Assembly: GCA_019058295.1 (NCBI GenBank)
Contig: JAHPZI010000028.1
Location: 203,815-220,813, forward strand
Direction: 5' to 3'
DNA length: 16,999 nt
From: Promethearchaeota archaeon
GTDB taxonomy: Archaea > Asgardarchaeota > Lokiarchaeia > Sigyniarchaeales > SOKP01
A program made the translations under genes and the position numbers. The first letter of the stretch is position 1. The number at the start of each line of letters is the position of its first letter. This document shows positions 16,611 to 16,999 of this stretch, in pieces. Under the pieces are notes generated by a model. It was not told the origin of the DNA. It was given only the letters and a program-made list of their open reading frames with translations, and ran no database searches.

Positions 16611-16999
16611 TTAATATTTCCAATACGCTCTTTTTCTTTTCTTAATAAAGATTATTACTGCTACCACTGCCCCTCCAGATACTCCAATTATAGCAAGACC
16701 AATAGGGCTTGTTAAAAATTCTACAAGATCAAACCCTTCCTTAGGTTTTTTCCCATCATCATCGTCATTTCCATCTGACGGCGGTAATTCTCCATCAGGA
16801 GGTGATGGTTCTTCAATATCTTTCCTTACAATAACTTCTGCCATTCCAATGTTCCCTAACGAATCATTCGCAAAAATACGGATGATGACAGTTCCATTTT
16901 CCATATAGTCCCAGACGAATTGATCCACCTCGCCATTCCAAGTGTAATTATCAGTATAGTCCGTGTTATCCGTTCCATTTATGAGCATATACCATCGAG
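16611..16999 (-). CDS. 3' end of a membrane-anchored surface protein (Ig-like domain, Pro/Asp linker, TM helix, basic tail); 5' end outside window
   Basis: IIRIFANDSLGNIG...VIVRKD beta-sandwich pattern, PSPPDG..DDDD linker, TM GLAIIGVSGGAVVAVIIFI, then KKRKR. Confidence 0.85.
   Translation of the reverse strand, partial: RWYMLINGTDNTDYTDNYTWNGEVDQFVWDYMENGTVIIRIFANDSLGNIGMAEVIVRKDIEEPSPPDGELPPSDGNDDDDGKKPKEGFDLVEFLTSPIGLAIIGVSGGAVVAVIIFIKKRKRAYWKY

Overview
Very AT-rich archaeal DNA (about 30% GC by eye). Gene content and protein style (Orc1/Cdc6, IFT52-like GIFT protein, zinc-ribbon tails, a membrane-anchored Ig-like surface protein) suggest an Asgard archaeon, probably Lokiarchaeia; this taxonomy is inferred, not tested. 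From left to right: the 3' end of a repeat/poly-Pro/zinc-ribbon protein, a small membrane protein and an ornithine/alanine racemase-family enzyme. Next is a small accessory patch (coiled-coil ORF, orphan DUF433, ParE-type toxin-antitoxin pair) punctuated by three copies of a C-rich direct repeat. Then come an EamA transporter, DUF2284, purA, an IFT52-like GIFT protein, a DUF973-like membrane protein, abfD, a DUF362 Fe-S protein and a small zinc-ribbon protein. A minus-strand block holds cdc6, xerA and an atypical trxB, followed by a 430-bp non-coding region with repeated CGA/TCGA motifs, a large membrane protein and the 3' end of a surface protein. Best leads: (1) the cdc6-xerA locus with a candidate origin or dif region that shares a motif with a perfect palindrome at the cdc6 start; (2) C-rich repeats delimiting cassette-like toxin-antitoxin genes; (3) a cytoplasmic IFT52-like protein; (4) a thioredoxin reductase lacking the NADPH-binding motifs.
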